Positions 36,602-46,547 of a stretch of DNA of 64,000 nt are shown in pieces; position 1 is the first letter of the stretch; each line of letters starts with the position of its first letter. Position numbers and translations under genes: made by a program. The notes below the pieces were generated by a model. That model did not search any database, was not told the DNA's origin, and saw only the letters and a list, made by a program, of their open reading frames with translations. The stretch is from a virus (taxonomy: Duplodnaviria > Caudoviricetes): IMG/VR virus record IMGVR_UViG_3300005330_000014, positions 32,001-96,000 of that record. The stretch is one strand, 5' to 3'.

Positions 36602-36829
36602 CTATGTTTGATAAAATTCGCGCGTAGATTGTTCAGTAAATTTTTCCGCCGTATTTTCCTTCAGTATATGATTCGCGCGGCTAACTATACAAGTATCTCG
36701 ATGCTTATAACCATCGTTTCTATATTCTAAATACCCGCAAGATAAGCATTCCATATTTTCACTATCATAACATAGTGATCCGTTGTTTTCTACTATTTCT
36801 TCAAGAATTTTTCTAATTTCTTCATTCAT
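36602..36829 (-). CDS. Hypothetical Zn-binding protein
   Basis: CLSCG...H...C. Confidence 0.6.
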   Translation of the reverse strand: MNEEIRKILEEIVENNGSLCYDSENMECLSCGYLEYRNDGYKHRDTCIVSRANHILKENTAEKFTEQSTREFYQT

Positions 36830-36970
36830 AATATTAAGTTTAGTTAGAATGCGCGGCTACAAATCTGTTAATATTACTACTTAATTTAGTTAAGAATTCC
36901 GAGATTGTTAAAAGTAGTAAACGGTACGGTTTGGGAAGCATTTAATTAATTAGTTAAATAATTGGTTAAT

Positions 36971-37318
36971 TTATTGAGTAGCTAAAATGTTATGATTTTT
37001 CTTATCCCCGTTTAATCTAGCCACCATTTCTAGAGCCAACGCATAAGTCTCGCGGGATTCAAAATGACTGTCACAAACTTCATAAATTTCCCGCGCGGGC
37101 ATTTGGTCAATTTCCCGACTTTCCGCGTCTAGCAAAGTTACAATCTCATTATTAACCCATTGTTTTTCAGTTAATCCGGCGAGTTCCAGTTCTCGCGCGG
37201 ACGGAACATAAGAACCTGAATTCCACAACTTAATATCATATTCAAATCCTTCATTGGTAGTGATTTTGATAATCGTGCCGTAGTACTTACCTTTTAATTC
37301 TTGAAGAACTGCTTTCAT
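36971..37318 (-). CDS. Hypothetical protein
   Basis: Co-oriented ORF. Confidence 0.65.
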   Translation of the reverse strand: MKAVLQELKGKYYGTIIKITTNEGFEYDIKLWNSGSYVPSARELELAGLTEKQWVNNEIVTLLDAESREIDQMPAREIYEVCDSHFESRETYALALEMVARLNGDKKNHNILATQ

Positions 37319-37330
37319 ATTATTAGTTAT

Positions 37331-37894
37331 TTACTTCTTTGAAGTTAAGATGCCGTTCAATGGGACTGTGGCGCATTTCACACAGCACACAGTAATATTT
37401 TTAATATGATTATTACCTAATTTATTAATTCGGACATATTTTCCCTCCCGGTCGCAACGTTCGCCATTGCGCCCGGTTTTACAGCGTAATGTGCCAAGCT
37501 GGGCGCAAATCTTATCCGCTTCATCGTCATCTTGAAATGGGCGGAATCCGTCGCGAAGCTGAGTCCCTTTAGGACAAATCAACTTCACTCGCGGAGTTTT
37601 AGTTTTAAATGTTTTATAAGCTGCAAAAATTTCATCATGCTCAGGGAAATCAACAATTTGAAAATCCTTATCAATAAGCAGTTTAGTTAGTTCAGCATTC
37701 TTGCGCCGGTCGCCGGGAGTCTTAGGCGTTTGAATAATAACACTATTAATAGAAATTTCCTTGCCATTCTGCACAAAACGAATTACCCTTTTATTCTTTT
37801 TATTAGTAAAATCGGGAAGGGTGGCATTGTAAGTTTTTCCTACTTTAAATGGAGTGCCCCAGCGATTAAAGGATGGAAGTAGTTGGATTTTCAT
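37331..37894 (-). CDS. Hypothetical protein
   Basis: 187 aa; C-terminal Cys cluster. Confidence 0.65.
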   Translation of the reverse strand: MKIQLLPSFNRWGTPFKVGKTYNATLPDFTNKKNKRVIRFVQNGKEISINSVIIQTPKTPGDRRKNAELTKLLIDKDFQIVDFPEHDEIFAAYKTFKTKTPRVKLICPKGTQLRDGFRPFQDDDEADKICAQLGTLRCKTGRNGERCDREGKYVRINKLGNNHIKNITVCCVKCATVPLNGILTSKK

Positions 37895-38061
37895 GATTTA
37901 ATTATTTAGATTAAGTTGATTATAGTTGATTACTTGGCTTGTGTATCAATTACAAATTTGCCAAACAAAACTTCAAAACGTGCGCCCTTAAATTGTTTAG
38001 CTTTGTCTTGTTTGGACAGACGATTGCGACGAATAACAGGTTTAGAATTTTTCATAATCCA

Positions 38062-38090
38062 ACCTTAAACCCTGAGCCGCGCGGCGTCAA
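38062..38090 (-). promoter_or_regulatory. Sigma-70-type promoter (ATG at 38055, leaderless)
   Basis: TTGACG-N17-TAAGGT; spacer contains CCGCGCGG. Confidence 0.7.
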
Positions 38091-38118
38091 GATTTAATTT
38101 TGCCTTTGTTTATGGAAA

Positions 38119-38454
38119 TTATAGGACTTGAAATGCCTCGGGCAGCTTAATTGTTTCTCGTTTATTATCTTGTTTGATTTGTTCTGCGAGCCATTTATTA
38201 AAATTCAAATCATAATCATCACCCAACTTTTCTAGTTTGCCATTAGAATCTTTTTCGGGAACAATTGGTTTTTTATTTTCAATTCTATATATTACTTCAT
38301 TAAAGAAGTCCGCGCCGAATCGCGTGGAGAAAATTAAGGTTTTTTGATAACGATTATGAAATTTAATTTTTAGTTTAACCCAATTGACCCCATAATTCTT
38401 ACCACTTTTATTAAGAATGGGTAAAGCTGTTTTGGCGAATTGAAGAGGATTCAT
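38119..38454 (-). CDS. Hypothetical protein
   Basis: Co-oriented ORF. Confidence 0.65.
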   Translation of the reverse strand: MNPLQFAKTALPILNKSGKNYGVNWVKLKIKFHNRYQKTLIFSTRFGADFFNEVIYRIENKKPIVPEKDSNGKLEKLGDDYDLNFNKWLAEQIKQDNKRETIKLPEAFQVL

Positions 38455-38458
38455 AAAA

Positions 38459-38881
38459 TTATTTAGTTAACAAAATTCTAATCAATTCATCAGTTACTTC
38501 ACTCAATGAGTGGCCGCGCGAGGCATTCAATTTCAATGGATTATGAGTAACCATTTCATCATAAACTTTTTGACTGACAGTATCAATTGACTTTCTATTA
38601 AGATAATCAACGCACGGATTATCTAGAAAGAAATAAATTAATTGTTTACCGCAAGAACATTGCCAGTGCGATTGGAAAATAGACGCCCATACATAACCAT
38701 TATTAATCCATACTTTAGTTTGTTCTAAGCTAGGATAATGATAGTAATTGGGATGTTCAATATATTCTTTTAATTCTGATACTTGCCCGAAATGTTTGCC
38801 ATAACCAATACATTTAAAATCGCAAACATGAGGGATTGGCGGGGCCGGACGGAAGAAACTGAGAAACTTTTTAAGTGTCAT
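38459..38881 (-). CDS. Hypothetical protein
   Basis: HVCDF...CSCG. Confidence 0.65.
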   Translation of the reverse strand: MTLKKFLSFFRPAPPIPHVCDFKCIGYGKHFGQVSELKEYIEHPNYYHYPSLEQTKVWINNGYVWASIFQSHWQCSCGKQLIYFFLDNPCVDYLNRKSIDTVSQKVYDEMVTHNPLKLNASRGHSLSEVTDELIRILLTK

Positions 38882-38894
38882 AGAATTAGTTTAG

Positions 38895-39185
38895 TTAACT
38901 TTGCCGTAAGGCTTCATCCACTTTAGTAATATCCCCCGAAAGCAATTCTGCCTCAAAAGGTAGCGGAGCAATACTATCCAGCAAAAACACTTCCAATTCG
39001 TGCAGATTCATTTTAAATTTTGAATCAAAAGAGTGATCTTTTTTAAGTTTAGTTAGTTTATCACGTAATCGTTTAACGCGGCAGGCCACGTTACAAACAA
39101 TCGCTGGGGCTTTCCGCGCGATTTCTTCATCAGGGGAATAAGTCCGCGCGCCGATAGGATCAGTTATTTCTTCTTTAGTTTTCAT
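38895..39185 (-). CDS. Hypothetical protein
   Basis: Packed ORF. Confidence 0.65.
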   Translation of the reverse strand: MKTKEEITDPIGARTYSPDEEIARKAPAIVCNVACRVKRLRDKLTKLKKDHSFDSKFKMNLHELEVFLLDSIAPLPFEAELLSGDITKVDEALRQS

Positions 39186-39187
39186 AA

Positions 39188-39478
39188 TCAGTCTTTTTTG
39201 GGCGGCATTGCAAATCCAACTATTTGATTATCCAGTCCTCGCGTCTGAAGATTTTTAGCTAAATGAACAATCGCGCCCATAGCTTCTTCGCTAAAAGCGG
39301 TAGTATGTGAATCAATTTTCTTTGTTCCGTCAAACTGCCGAGCCAGCGAGCGGGTTTTAATAATAAATTCAATTTTGCCATTTCGCGTTTTGTGCATTGT
39401 GACGCCCAGCCGCCGATTGAGCATTTTAATTACAGCGCCCGAGAATGAATTTGGCTTTAATTTACGTGGAGTTTTCAT
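39188..39478 (-). CDS. Hypothetical protein
   Basis: Packed ORF. Confidence 0.65.
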   Translation of the reverse strand: MKTPRKLKPNSFSGAVIKMLNRRLGVTMHKTRNGKIEFIIKTRSLARQFDGTKKIDSHTTAFSEEAMGAIVHLAKNLQTRGLDNQIVGFAMPPKKD

Positions 39479-39495
39479 AATATTATATTTTTAGT

Positions 39496-39873
39496 TTATT
39501 GATTTGTTTCTCTGAATGTTTCTAAATGGCTAATCTTAAGTAATTCTCTAAAACTTAAATGAGGATTAAATACTCTAATTCCTTCAAATTTAAATCCTTC
39601 CATGATTTCATGTTCAATGGTTGCGCGGAATGCTGCATAAGCCGTTTTAACTATTTCATCTTCTGACATGTAATCACTAAGATACCATTTGCGCCCGTTC
39701 CATGTTTTCAATTCCCCGGATTTAGTACATTTACTTTGATATTTACATTGAATGAATATCCGCCCAGTTTTAGGATGTTTCAAATCGCGGGCAACAAAGA
39801 AAGTAACTGGAGTATCTAAAACGCTGGCAGAACATAATTGAACAATCGCGCGGATATCTTTAAGAGTTTTCAT
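39496..39873 (-). CDS. Conserved-type phage hypothetical protein
   Basis: GRKWYLS..M..DEIVKTA.AA......HE..E.FK......FNPH. Confidence 0.72.
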   Translation of the reverse strand: MKTLKDIRAIVQLCSASVLDTPVTFFVARDLKHPKTGRIFIQCKYQSKCTKSGELKTWNGRKWYLSDYMSEDEIVKTAYAAFRATIEHEIMEGFKFEGIRVFNPHLSFRELLKISHLETFRETNQ

Positions 39874-39888
39874 AAAATTATTTGATAG

Positions 39889-41409
39889 TTACTTACTTGC
39901 TTTAATTGCGTCAGTGATTTCTTTGCGCCGCTTCATTACTCGAATCATCAGCATTGTGAATAAAGAGCTAAATGATTCGTTATGATATTGGCAATCTGGT
40001 AAACAATGGGTCGCTTCGTGGCAAGCCAATACAATCATTTCATAATGATCATCTTTAGAATTAACTGAGAATTTAAGTTTTAAATCTTTAGTTATTGGAT
40101 TGAGCAGGAGATAATGCACTCCTTCATCGTGCAAATGAACGGCGTGCGTGCTTTCCCCTTCTTCTTCATCGGAGAAAACCCATCCCACGGCAAATCCAAA
40201 TGATTGTTTAGTATAATTAGATAATTCATCCATTACAATTTGACAAACAGCGAACCATTGACGCAAGAGTTGATAACGCGTGGCATCCCGATTCGCCCAT
40301 TTCTCAGGCATGTAAAAAGTCTTAATTAGTTGTACAGTTTTGGGATCATTACTTTCATTTAGCACCATCATCGACGCTAAAATTGGATCAGTTTGATATA
40401 CGGGCAAAACTTCCCGGTCAATGGGATTCGCGCCGAAACTAATAATAGTAGAATCACTAGTTGTTCCACTAGAATTAAGTATTTGTTTAGTTACAGTTTC
40501 TTCTGTCCATTTTTTCGATTCGACAATTTCCCCCGATACGTCTTCGATTTTAATTTTTTCGCTAGGGCGGGATTTAAAACATACTTCTTTATTAACGAAT
40601 TTCTTAAAATGGCGAGTTTTATCTTTTAATGCACTTTTAGTATCCGCCGCCAATTCACCAAGAAAAGAATCTAGTTCTTTTTTATATTCCCATTTCAAAC
40701 CATCTCGATTAGACGTTAGACATTCTTTTGCTTTGTCGGGATCAATTTCTATAATTACTTGCACTTTAATAGAAATCGCATGATCAAACATATACATGCC
40801 ACCAGCACGAACAATTAATTGAGAATTTTCAGCAGATTTATTAACCCATACATCCCCAAAACTCAATTGTCGTACCAATTTCCCGCGCCTTAAGTTATTT
40901 GAATATCTATCTCCATTGATATAAACAGTTTGAGGCAAACTAGAACGATCAATTATATATTTAATATGGGAAACCCAATTGGATTGCTCTACATCAATTT
41001 CAAATGTGCAACCTTTATGAAAACTACTTCTTTTGTTTTTAATTTCGTAAGCCGCGCCGCATCCCTCTACCAAATAATCGCTGGAAGAAATAACATACTT
41101 ATTAGCTGAAAAACAAATTAAATTGCGCGCAATTCCTAGTCCTCCTACTTCCCCAAAACCTTTGGAAGATTCACCTAATACTAAAAATACATTTTGCAGA
41201 ACATCGCGAGACATTCCCGCGCCGTTATCAGAACAAATAATTCGATTGCTATCTTTTATTTCTTCAACGTGAAAATCAATTCTAGTAGCGTTTAGATTGC
41301 GAGCACTGGCATTTTGCAATAATTCTCGAATCGTGGCCGTGTGCCAATTGGCATAAGCGCGCTTTTCATGAGCGAACCAAGAGGGGCCGATAGTGAGAGT
41401 ATTTTTCAT
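39889..41409 (-). CDS. GHKL (Hsp90-like) ATPase with C-terminal HExxH metallopeptidase-like motif
   Basis: RELLQNA, DNGAGM, GGLGIA; CHEATH...HNESF. Confidence 0.75.
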   Translation of the reverse strand: MKNTLTIGPSWFAHEKRAYANWHTATIRELLQNASARNLNATRIDFHVEEIKDSNRIICSDNGAGMSRDVLQNVFLVLGESSKGFGEVGGLGIARNLICFSANKYVISSSDYLVEGCGAAYEIKNKRSSFHKGCTFEIDVEQSNWVSHIKYIIDRSSLPQTVYINGDRYSNNLRRGKLVRQLSFGDVWVNKSAENSQLIVRAGGMYMFDHAISIKVQVIIEIDPDKAKECLTSNRDGLKWEYKKELDSFLGELAADTKSALKDKTRHFKKFVNKEVCFKSRPSEKIKIEDVSGEIVESKKWTEETVTKQILNSSGTTSDSTIISFGANPIDREVLPVYQTDPILASMMVLNESNDPKTVQLIKTFYMPEKWANRDATRYQLLRQWFAVCQIVMDELSNYTKQSFGFAVGWVFSDEEEGESTHAVHLHDEGVHYLLLNPITKDLKLKFSVNSKDDHYEMIVLACHEATHCLPDCQYHNESFSSLFTMLMIRVMKRRKEITDAIKASK

Positions 41410-41415
41410 GTTCTC

Positions 41416-41443
41416 ATACTACCTATTCAAATCCCGCCGTCAA
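41416..41443 (-). promoter_or_regulatory. Sigma-70-type promoter (leaderless GHKL mRNA)
   Basis: TTGACG-N16-TAGTAT, ATG 6 nt downstream. Confidence 0.75.
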
Positions 41444-41511
41444 TGAAATAATTGCGAAAAATGCGAATTAATTTTCAGAATCCTTATAATTGCTAGAAAA
41501 CCGCAATTCCC

Positions 41512-41814
41512 TCATTTTCCACAACATTTTTTAAATTTTAATCCACTGCCACAATTACAACGTTCATTTCTTCCCTGAATTTTTTCTTTTTTAATTGATT
41601 CCTTTAATTCTTCCCATTCATTCCCAAATATATTAATTAATCTAAATGAGCCGCCGGGATTTATTATTTCTTTAACTAATATTACGCCGTTATCCAGCAA
41701 TTCCAGCACGCGGCGGGGATAAGTATCGGGTGGCGGCGCGTGATTTACCCAAAATTCTAAGAATGCGCCCGCTTCTGGATATTCTTGTTCAAAAGGAATT
41801 GGATAATTAGTCAT
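41512..41814 (-). CDS. SEC-C motif protein
   Basis: GRNERCNCGSGLKFKKCCG. Confidence 0.8.
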   Translation of the reverse strand: MTNYPIPFEQEYPEAGAFLEFWVNHAPPPDTYPRRVLELLDNGVILVKEIINPGGSFRLINIFGNEWEELKESIKKEKIQGRNERCNCGSGLKFKKCCGK

Positions 41815-42344
41815 GCCGCTTTCCTATTATTTAGATACTCAACAAATTCTTCATAATCTTCTAACGGAATATATTCAGTGTCATCAGTTAATTGCATCCA
41901 TGCTACTTTAGTTAGGGCACGTTCTTCCCATTTAATTCCTTTAGCAAAAATAGCACGCTGCCCCCGGAATTTATTATAGTTATCAAAATCGGGATGAATT
42001 AGCCAGCCATCAGGCGGAATAATTAGACCATTAGGACAAAAACATTGGAGTTGCTCATAAGAGCCAACTCTGCCATGTTGATTTAATACAACCACTCTTT
42101 CGCGCCGCTCTTTATACCAATTATTTATATTACGATCAAAATTATATCCATATCTAGGCAGCCAATCCCAATGGCGATCCAGCATTTTCGCGCGCCATTC
42201 TGCGACATTAGCTTTTCTAGTATAATGATAGGTATTGATTTCTAATAATACTGCCAAATCCAAACTTTCTGGTTTTTTAAGTAAACTACCAACAACCGGC
42301 ATATCGCCGATCATCCAAAGAGGTTCCCAAGGTAAAGCATTCAT
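41811..42344 (-). CDS. Hypothetical protein
   Basis: Packed ORF. Confidence 0.7.
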   Translation of the reverse strand: MNALPWEPLWMIGDMPVVGSLLKKPESLDLAVLLEINTYHYTRKANVAEWRAKMLDRHWDWLPRYGYNFDRNINNWYKERRERVVVLNQHGRVGSYEQLQCFCPNGLIIPPDGWLIHPDFDNYNKFRGQRAIFAKGIKWEERALTKVAWMQLTDDTEYIPLEDYEEFVEYLNNRKAA

Positions 42345-42550
42345 TAACTTTTTTTATTTTTAAGCAGTTTATATCCTTCTAAAAAGCTTTCAATTTCGCG
42401 GATTTGTTCTTTAGTTACTAAATCATATTGATTCCCAACACTTCTCAATAGAATTCCTTGGGCTAAAATTGCCGCCGCTGCTAGCTGGAAATTGGATTCA
42501 CGAGATTTTTTAGTTACAGTTTCTAAATTTTCTATGAGTTTAGTTAACAT
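42344..42550 (-). CDS. Hypothetical protein
   Basis: Packed ORF. Confidence 0.6.
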   Translation of the reverse strand: MLTKLIENLETVTKKSRESNFQLAAAAILAQGILLRSVGNQYDLVTKEQIREIESFLEGYKLLKNKKS

Positions 42551-42565
42551 ATTATGATTAAATTA

Positions 42566-42757
42566 TTACAAACTAATATCCCGGCGGATTTTTAATCCTC
42601 TCTTGCCTTGATACGTATGTGGAACAATTTCTAAATTAGTTAATTGACTGTTAATTTCAAAACAAGATTCACTATAACTATATGACGTTGCGAAAACTTC
42701 TTTTCCATCTTCAAAATCTTGGATATCCGAACTATCAATAAATAATTTGATTGTCAT
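42566..42757 (-). CDS. Hypothetical protein
   Basis: Packed ORF. Confidence 0.6.
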   Translation of the reverse strand: MTIKLFIDSSDIQDFEDGKEVFATSYSYSESCFEINSQLTNLEIVPHTYQGKRGLKIRRDISL

Positions 42758-42769
42758 AAAATTTGTTAG

Positions 42770-43171
42770 TTATTTAACTTCAAATATTTTTTCAAAATTA
42801 TATATTTCCGTTGCGTGGGTTTTAACCATTTTTGCAATATGGCCATATGGCCTACCTTGCATATATTCAATCGCCTGTTTCATCGTGTCGTACGATTCAC
42901 CAATTTGCCCGCTACTATTCCAAATAGCGCCCCAAAACCATTTATATTGATAATTTGCTTGATCGTCCGGCAGTCTACCCAACCGCATACAAGTTAATTT
43001 GTAAATTATATGTTTATCCTCGGGTTTTTCATTTGGGTAATATGCTAAGATAATCATACCCGTGTCTTTTACTTCTTCCTCAGTTACTTCTTTAGTAGTT
43101 AATATGAGTTTATCTCCACGAAATTCAAACGACTGAGAAATTGTTTTGTTTTTATTCATAAAATTTACCAA
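42770..43171 (-). CDS. Hypothetical protein
   Basis: Packed ORF. Confidence 0.65.
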   Translation of the reverse strand: MVNFMNKNKTISQSFEFRGDKLILTTKEVTEEEVKDTGMIILAYYPNEKPEDKHIIYKLTCMRLGRLPDDQANYQYKWFWGAIWNSSGQIGESYDTMKQAIEYMQGRPYGHIAKMVKTHATEIYNFEKIFEVK

Positions 43172-43572
43172 TTAGGATTATCATTAATTCGACGATTGGC
43201 ATACGCGGCCAATTCTTTTCTTCTTTTTAAACTTTTGTTTATTTCAAATTTAGTTGGAAAATCACTTGGCCGAAATGTGTGATTAGGCAGCCGTTTAGCA
43301 AAACAACATAAACAAATCATACCATGACCATTATTAACAAGAAATTGAGTATCAAATAGTTTATGGCTAACCATCCAGTGGAAAAATCTTTCTTTATAAT
43401 AAGAACCATATTTGGGTGGTTTCAACTGGTCCGTTCCAATCGGAGCAATTTTCAAGCAATCACAACAAAATCTAATTCTATTATGAAAAATCCGAAAGAC
43501 ATCCTTTCTTAATTCTTCGCCCCAAGTAATCATTCCATGATCATGTTTACTTAAATCTCCTATATGAAGCAT
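43165..43572 (-). CDS. Hypothetical Zn-binding protein
   Basis: CCDC...ICLCC. Confidence 0.6.
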   Translation of the reverse strand: MLHIGDLSKHDHGMITWGEELRKDVFRIFHNRIRFCCDCLKIAPIGTDQLKPPKYGSYYKERFFHWMVSHKLFDTQFLVNNGHGMICLCCFAKRLPNHTFRPSDFPTKFEINKSLKRRKELAAYANRRINDNPNW

Positions 43573-43576
43573 AATT

Positions 43577-43795
43577 TTAATATTTAAACAATTCCGCCAA
43601 TTTCAAATCTCGATCAGTCAATGGGAAAACTTCCTCACTTTTAATTTTGTAGTTAGCGGCAGTAATTTCCCAAGGAAACTCGGCGGCATCGTGCGCCAGA
43701 ATCCGTGCGACGACTCGATAAATGGTCGGCCCATTAGTAATCATTGGGCTTTTAATTAAATAGAATCCGCCGGGTTTAATATCGCTGGCTAGCAT
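43577..43795 (-). CDS. Hypothetical protein
   Basis: Packed ORF. Confidence 0.6.
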   Translation of the reverse strand: MLASDIKPGGFYLIKSPMITNGPTIYRVVARILAHDAAEFPWEITAANYKIKSEEVFPLTDRDLKLAELFKY

Positions 43796-43817
43796 ATATA
43801 AATAACAATAGTATAAA

Positions 43818-44033
43818 TTACTTAATTAGATTCACAAACTCAATTAAACAAGTTGTTAAAAACCATCCGGGACCGAGAATAAGTTTCCAAACCATATTTT
43901 TAATTGCCTGCTTACATTTAACTTTTTCATTTTCCATATTTAGATCGAACAGAATGGCGTCGATATAGGCCGCGTAGCAACCAAACACAAACCACGCGCA
44001 GAAAACGATTAGACAGATAGTTGAGATAGTCAT
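43818..44033 (-). CDS. Small membrane protein
   Basis: Two hydrophobic segments. Confidence 0.6.
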   Translation of the reverse strand: MTISTICLIVFCAWFVFGCYAAYIDAILFDLNMENEKVKCKQAIKNMVWKLILGPGWFLTTCLIEFVNLIK

Positions 44034-44302
44034 TTAGTTACATTTTTAATATCAAGTATCCAATTATAGAATTTACCATGTTGAGGGAAAAATAATCCGG
44101 GCATCCAAAAGATAATTACTTTCCACGCGAATTTATATTGTTTGTAGTTAATTACTCCTTGGAAGAACCCAAAAACAGCACAAATCAAACCGCACAATAG
44201 ATACCAAAGTAAGACAATCGGGCCACCAGTATAAAAGTTATACAGCCAAGCTAGTGCGACCACTACATTAATAATCAAGTTAATTTCTTTCGAGTATTTC
44301 AT
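44030..44302 (-). CDS. Small membrane protein
   Basis: Three hydrophobic segments. Confidence 0.6.
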   Translation of the reverse strand: MKYSKEINLIINVVVALAWLYNFYTGGPIVLLWYLLCGLICAVFGFFQGVINYKQYKFAWKVIIFWMPGLFFPQHGKFYNWILDIKNVTK

Positions 44303-44321
44303 ATTTATAGTAGTTAAAAAG

Positions 44322-44582
44322 TTAAGTTAGTTGCTTATGTTTATACATTCTCTTGTATTGAGTCAATGAAATTTCAACATCATATCGAGCTGATAATGCG
44401 TCATAACTCGTGTCAATTCCATCAATTAAATTGACGATATTATAATCGTACCAAATGATTTTAGCAGCCCGGTTTCTCCATTTGAACAATTCTTTTAGAT
44501 GATTACTTTTTTGACGCTGGCGATAAAGAGCAATCAGTTTTTCAACTGGGATATTATAAAGCTTTTGAGTTGAGGCTTTCAT
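44322..44582 (-). CDS. Hypothetical protein
   Basis: Packed ORF. Confidence 0.6.
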   Translation of the reverse strand: MKASTQKLYNIPVEKLIALYRQRQKSNHLKELFKWRNRAAKIIWYDYNIVNLIDGIDTSYDALSARYDVEISLTQYKRMYKHKQLT

Positions 44583-44597
44583 GATTTTTTGAGTTAG

Positions 44598-45011
44598 TTA
44601 CTTATTTAATTTTGCAAACGGATTCCGGCGGACTTGTTTCTTAGTAATATAGTTAAGTTTTAAAAGGATACAATCACCCAATGAGTACGGGTGGCTGGAT
44701 GTTGAATTGTAAGAATCTGCTAAGTAGGCCATAGTCAACATTGTATCTATGGTTAAACGACTTATGCCATGTCTATTGACTAATATTTGATTTAACTCTT
44801 TAATTCGGCGCGAGCGGACGTTTTTAATAATTACTTTCTTGAAACAGTTAGCATAATAAGTGCAACCAAACTCCTTGCAAAGTACTTTGTTATTATGTGT
44901 ACCATCCACCGACTCTACTTTAAATATTTCTTTATTTGGATCGTCCTTCAAATATACAAAATCCCCCGGTTGGATGTTTTCGGGGTTAAAGATATTCTTT
45001 TTAGTTTTCAT
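44598..45011 (-). CDS. Hypothetical protein (KOW/SH3-like N-terminus)
   Basis: IQPGDFVYL...IFKVESV. Confidence 0.6.
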   Translation of the reverse strand: MKTKKNIFNPENIQPGDFVYLKDDPNKEIFKVESVDGTHNNKVLCKEFGCTYYANCFKKVIIKNVRSRRIKELNQILVNRHGISRLTIDTMLTMAYLADSYNSTSSHPYSLGDCILLKLNYITKKQVRRNPFAKLNK

Positions 45012-45025
45012 ATTAGTTATTTAAA

Positions 45026-45334
45026 TTAGTTAGTTTCTTTGCTAACGAATATACTTTTGCTATTATATAGTTTTTGAGCTTTCTTTTCCGCCGAGAATGC
45101 TGAATATGCTTGGATACGGTCGGTTTGTTCTTCCCCGCAAAGATAAACAATGAAACTTTTTAAAACCTTGGACTTTTTATTAAATCCTTTATTTGTCCGC
45201 GCGGACTTTTTGAATTTCCGGCGACGCTTCCGGCGAACACGTTTGGTTTTAGTTACTTTAGTAGTTTTAAGATTGACGGGAAGTTTGCCCGCTTTCTTTA
45301 AGGCCCAGTACGCTTTTCTAGGAATCCATTTCAT
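45026..45334 (-). CDS. Highly basic hypothetical protein
   Basis: KRVRRKRRRKFKK. Confidence 0.65.
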   Translation of the reverse strand: MKWIPRKAYWALKKAGKLPVNLKTTKVTKTKRVRRKRRRKFKKSARTNKGFNKKSKVLKSFIVYLCGEEQTDRIQAYSAFSAEKKAQKLYNSKSIFVSKETN

Positions 45335-45425
45335 GATTTTGATTTTTAGTTAATCGTTTAATAAACTTGTCTATCCCCACCGGGGGATTTATCGTCCGCC
45401 CGGCGGGATAGGTGTTGGTACAGAT

Positions 45426-45454
45426 AATTTACACTACCGTAAACAATCCGTCAA
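45426..45454 (-). promoter_or_regulatory. Sigma-70-type promoter
   Basis: TTGACG-N17-TAAATT. Confidence 0.7.
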
Positions 45455-45530
45455 GGATTAATTCTAAAAATCTTGCTCCCCTTTTCAATCCACTTTACTT
45501 ACTTGTACTGCCGCAACCGATTCACGGATT

Positions 45531-45731
45531 TTATTTAATTGCGCCCGCTGTGCTTGCATGATCCGCTTGCATACTAGCCATTTGCTTTAAACAGTCATCC
45601 GCCAATTGTATTAAAAGTCTGTTTTTCTCCTTATAGAAGTTAAGTAACTGTTCATTATCATTATCCTTGTTATCCTTGTTCTGATCCTTCTTATCCTTAT
45701 CCCCTTCAATGTTCCCTTCATCGTTATTCAT
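45531..45731 (-). CDS. Hypothetical acidic protein
   Basis: Co-oriented ORF. Confidence 0.5.
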   Translation of the reverse strand: MNNDEGNIEGDKDKKDQNKDNKDNDNEQLLNFYKEKNRLLIQLADDCLKQMASMQADHASTAGAIK

Positions 45732-46034
45732 ATTATTATTATTCTGACTCTTAACTATTAAATTGTTTGTTGATTATTCTATTAGTTAGTTAGTTTTATG
45801 CAAGTATTTTGGCAACCAATACTATTAAGATAGCTAAACAGGTAATTGGTAGGGTGGCGTCAGATTCGAGATTGGCTAATGTTACACAATTCACCAAAAT
45901 ATTAAATATATAGTTCATAAGTTAAGCATAAATCGCTAGATTTTATATAGAGAAAAAAGAAAGCGCCGGGCAAAGTGTATTTCAACTCCACCCGGCGTTT
46001 CGTTGCCATTAGCAGTTAATTGTTAATGTTGTAA

Positions 46035-46298
46035 TTAGGCTACCAGCGTATAAACATAAATGGGATGGCCGCGACCACGAGGAACGGAAACCGCGCGGGC
46101 TTCACCCTCTTGCGTCATTTTATTAAGACGCTGGCGCACTGTAAGCGGGCTTACATCAATACGCTTCTTTTTATTCAAATCCACCGCTTCTTGCACGGTG
46201 AATCCAGTCTTGCGCTTGGGGAATTGCAAATCCAGAGGAATGCGGCCCCGGCGAGTGTCTTGGCTTTGATTTGGCTTATTAGCGAGTTTAGTTTTCAT
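46035..46298 (-). CDS. Winged-helix DNA-binding protein with AT-hook-like motifs
   Basis: RRGRIP...FPK..FTVQE...PRGRGHPIYVY; similar to 53569-54369. Confidence 0.65.
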   Translation of the reverse strand: MKTKLANKPNQSQDTRRGRIPLDLQFPKRKTGFTVQEAVDLNKKKRIDVSPLTVRQRLNKMTQEGEARAVSVPRGRGHPIYVYTLVA

Positions 46299-46354
46299 TG
46301 GTTATTTAGTTTAGTTGTTTGATTGAGAGAGCTTTCTATTCTCCCTCTAGTATC

Positions 46355-46382
46355 ATCCTAACACCAATCCTAATAACGTCAA
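46355..46382 (-). promoter_or_regulatory. Sigma-70-type promoter
   Basis: TTGACG-N16-TAGGAT with extended TG. Confidence 0.75.
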
Positions 46383-46547
46383 GAAAAATATTGAATTTTT
46401 TTGCTAAGTAAGGCTACGTATATCCACTAAACATTTGTTTTACAGGGTATAAACGAATATCCTATGTTCGACTGAACACTATTTTCCTTATCCTCTTATT
46501 CTCTACTTTACCTTTTATTTTATTTTTTCTTAATTATTAGTTATTAA

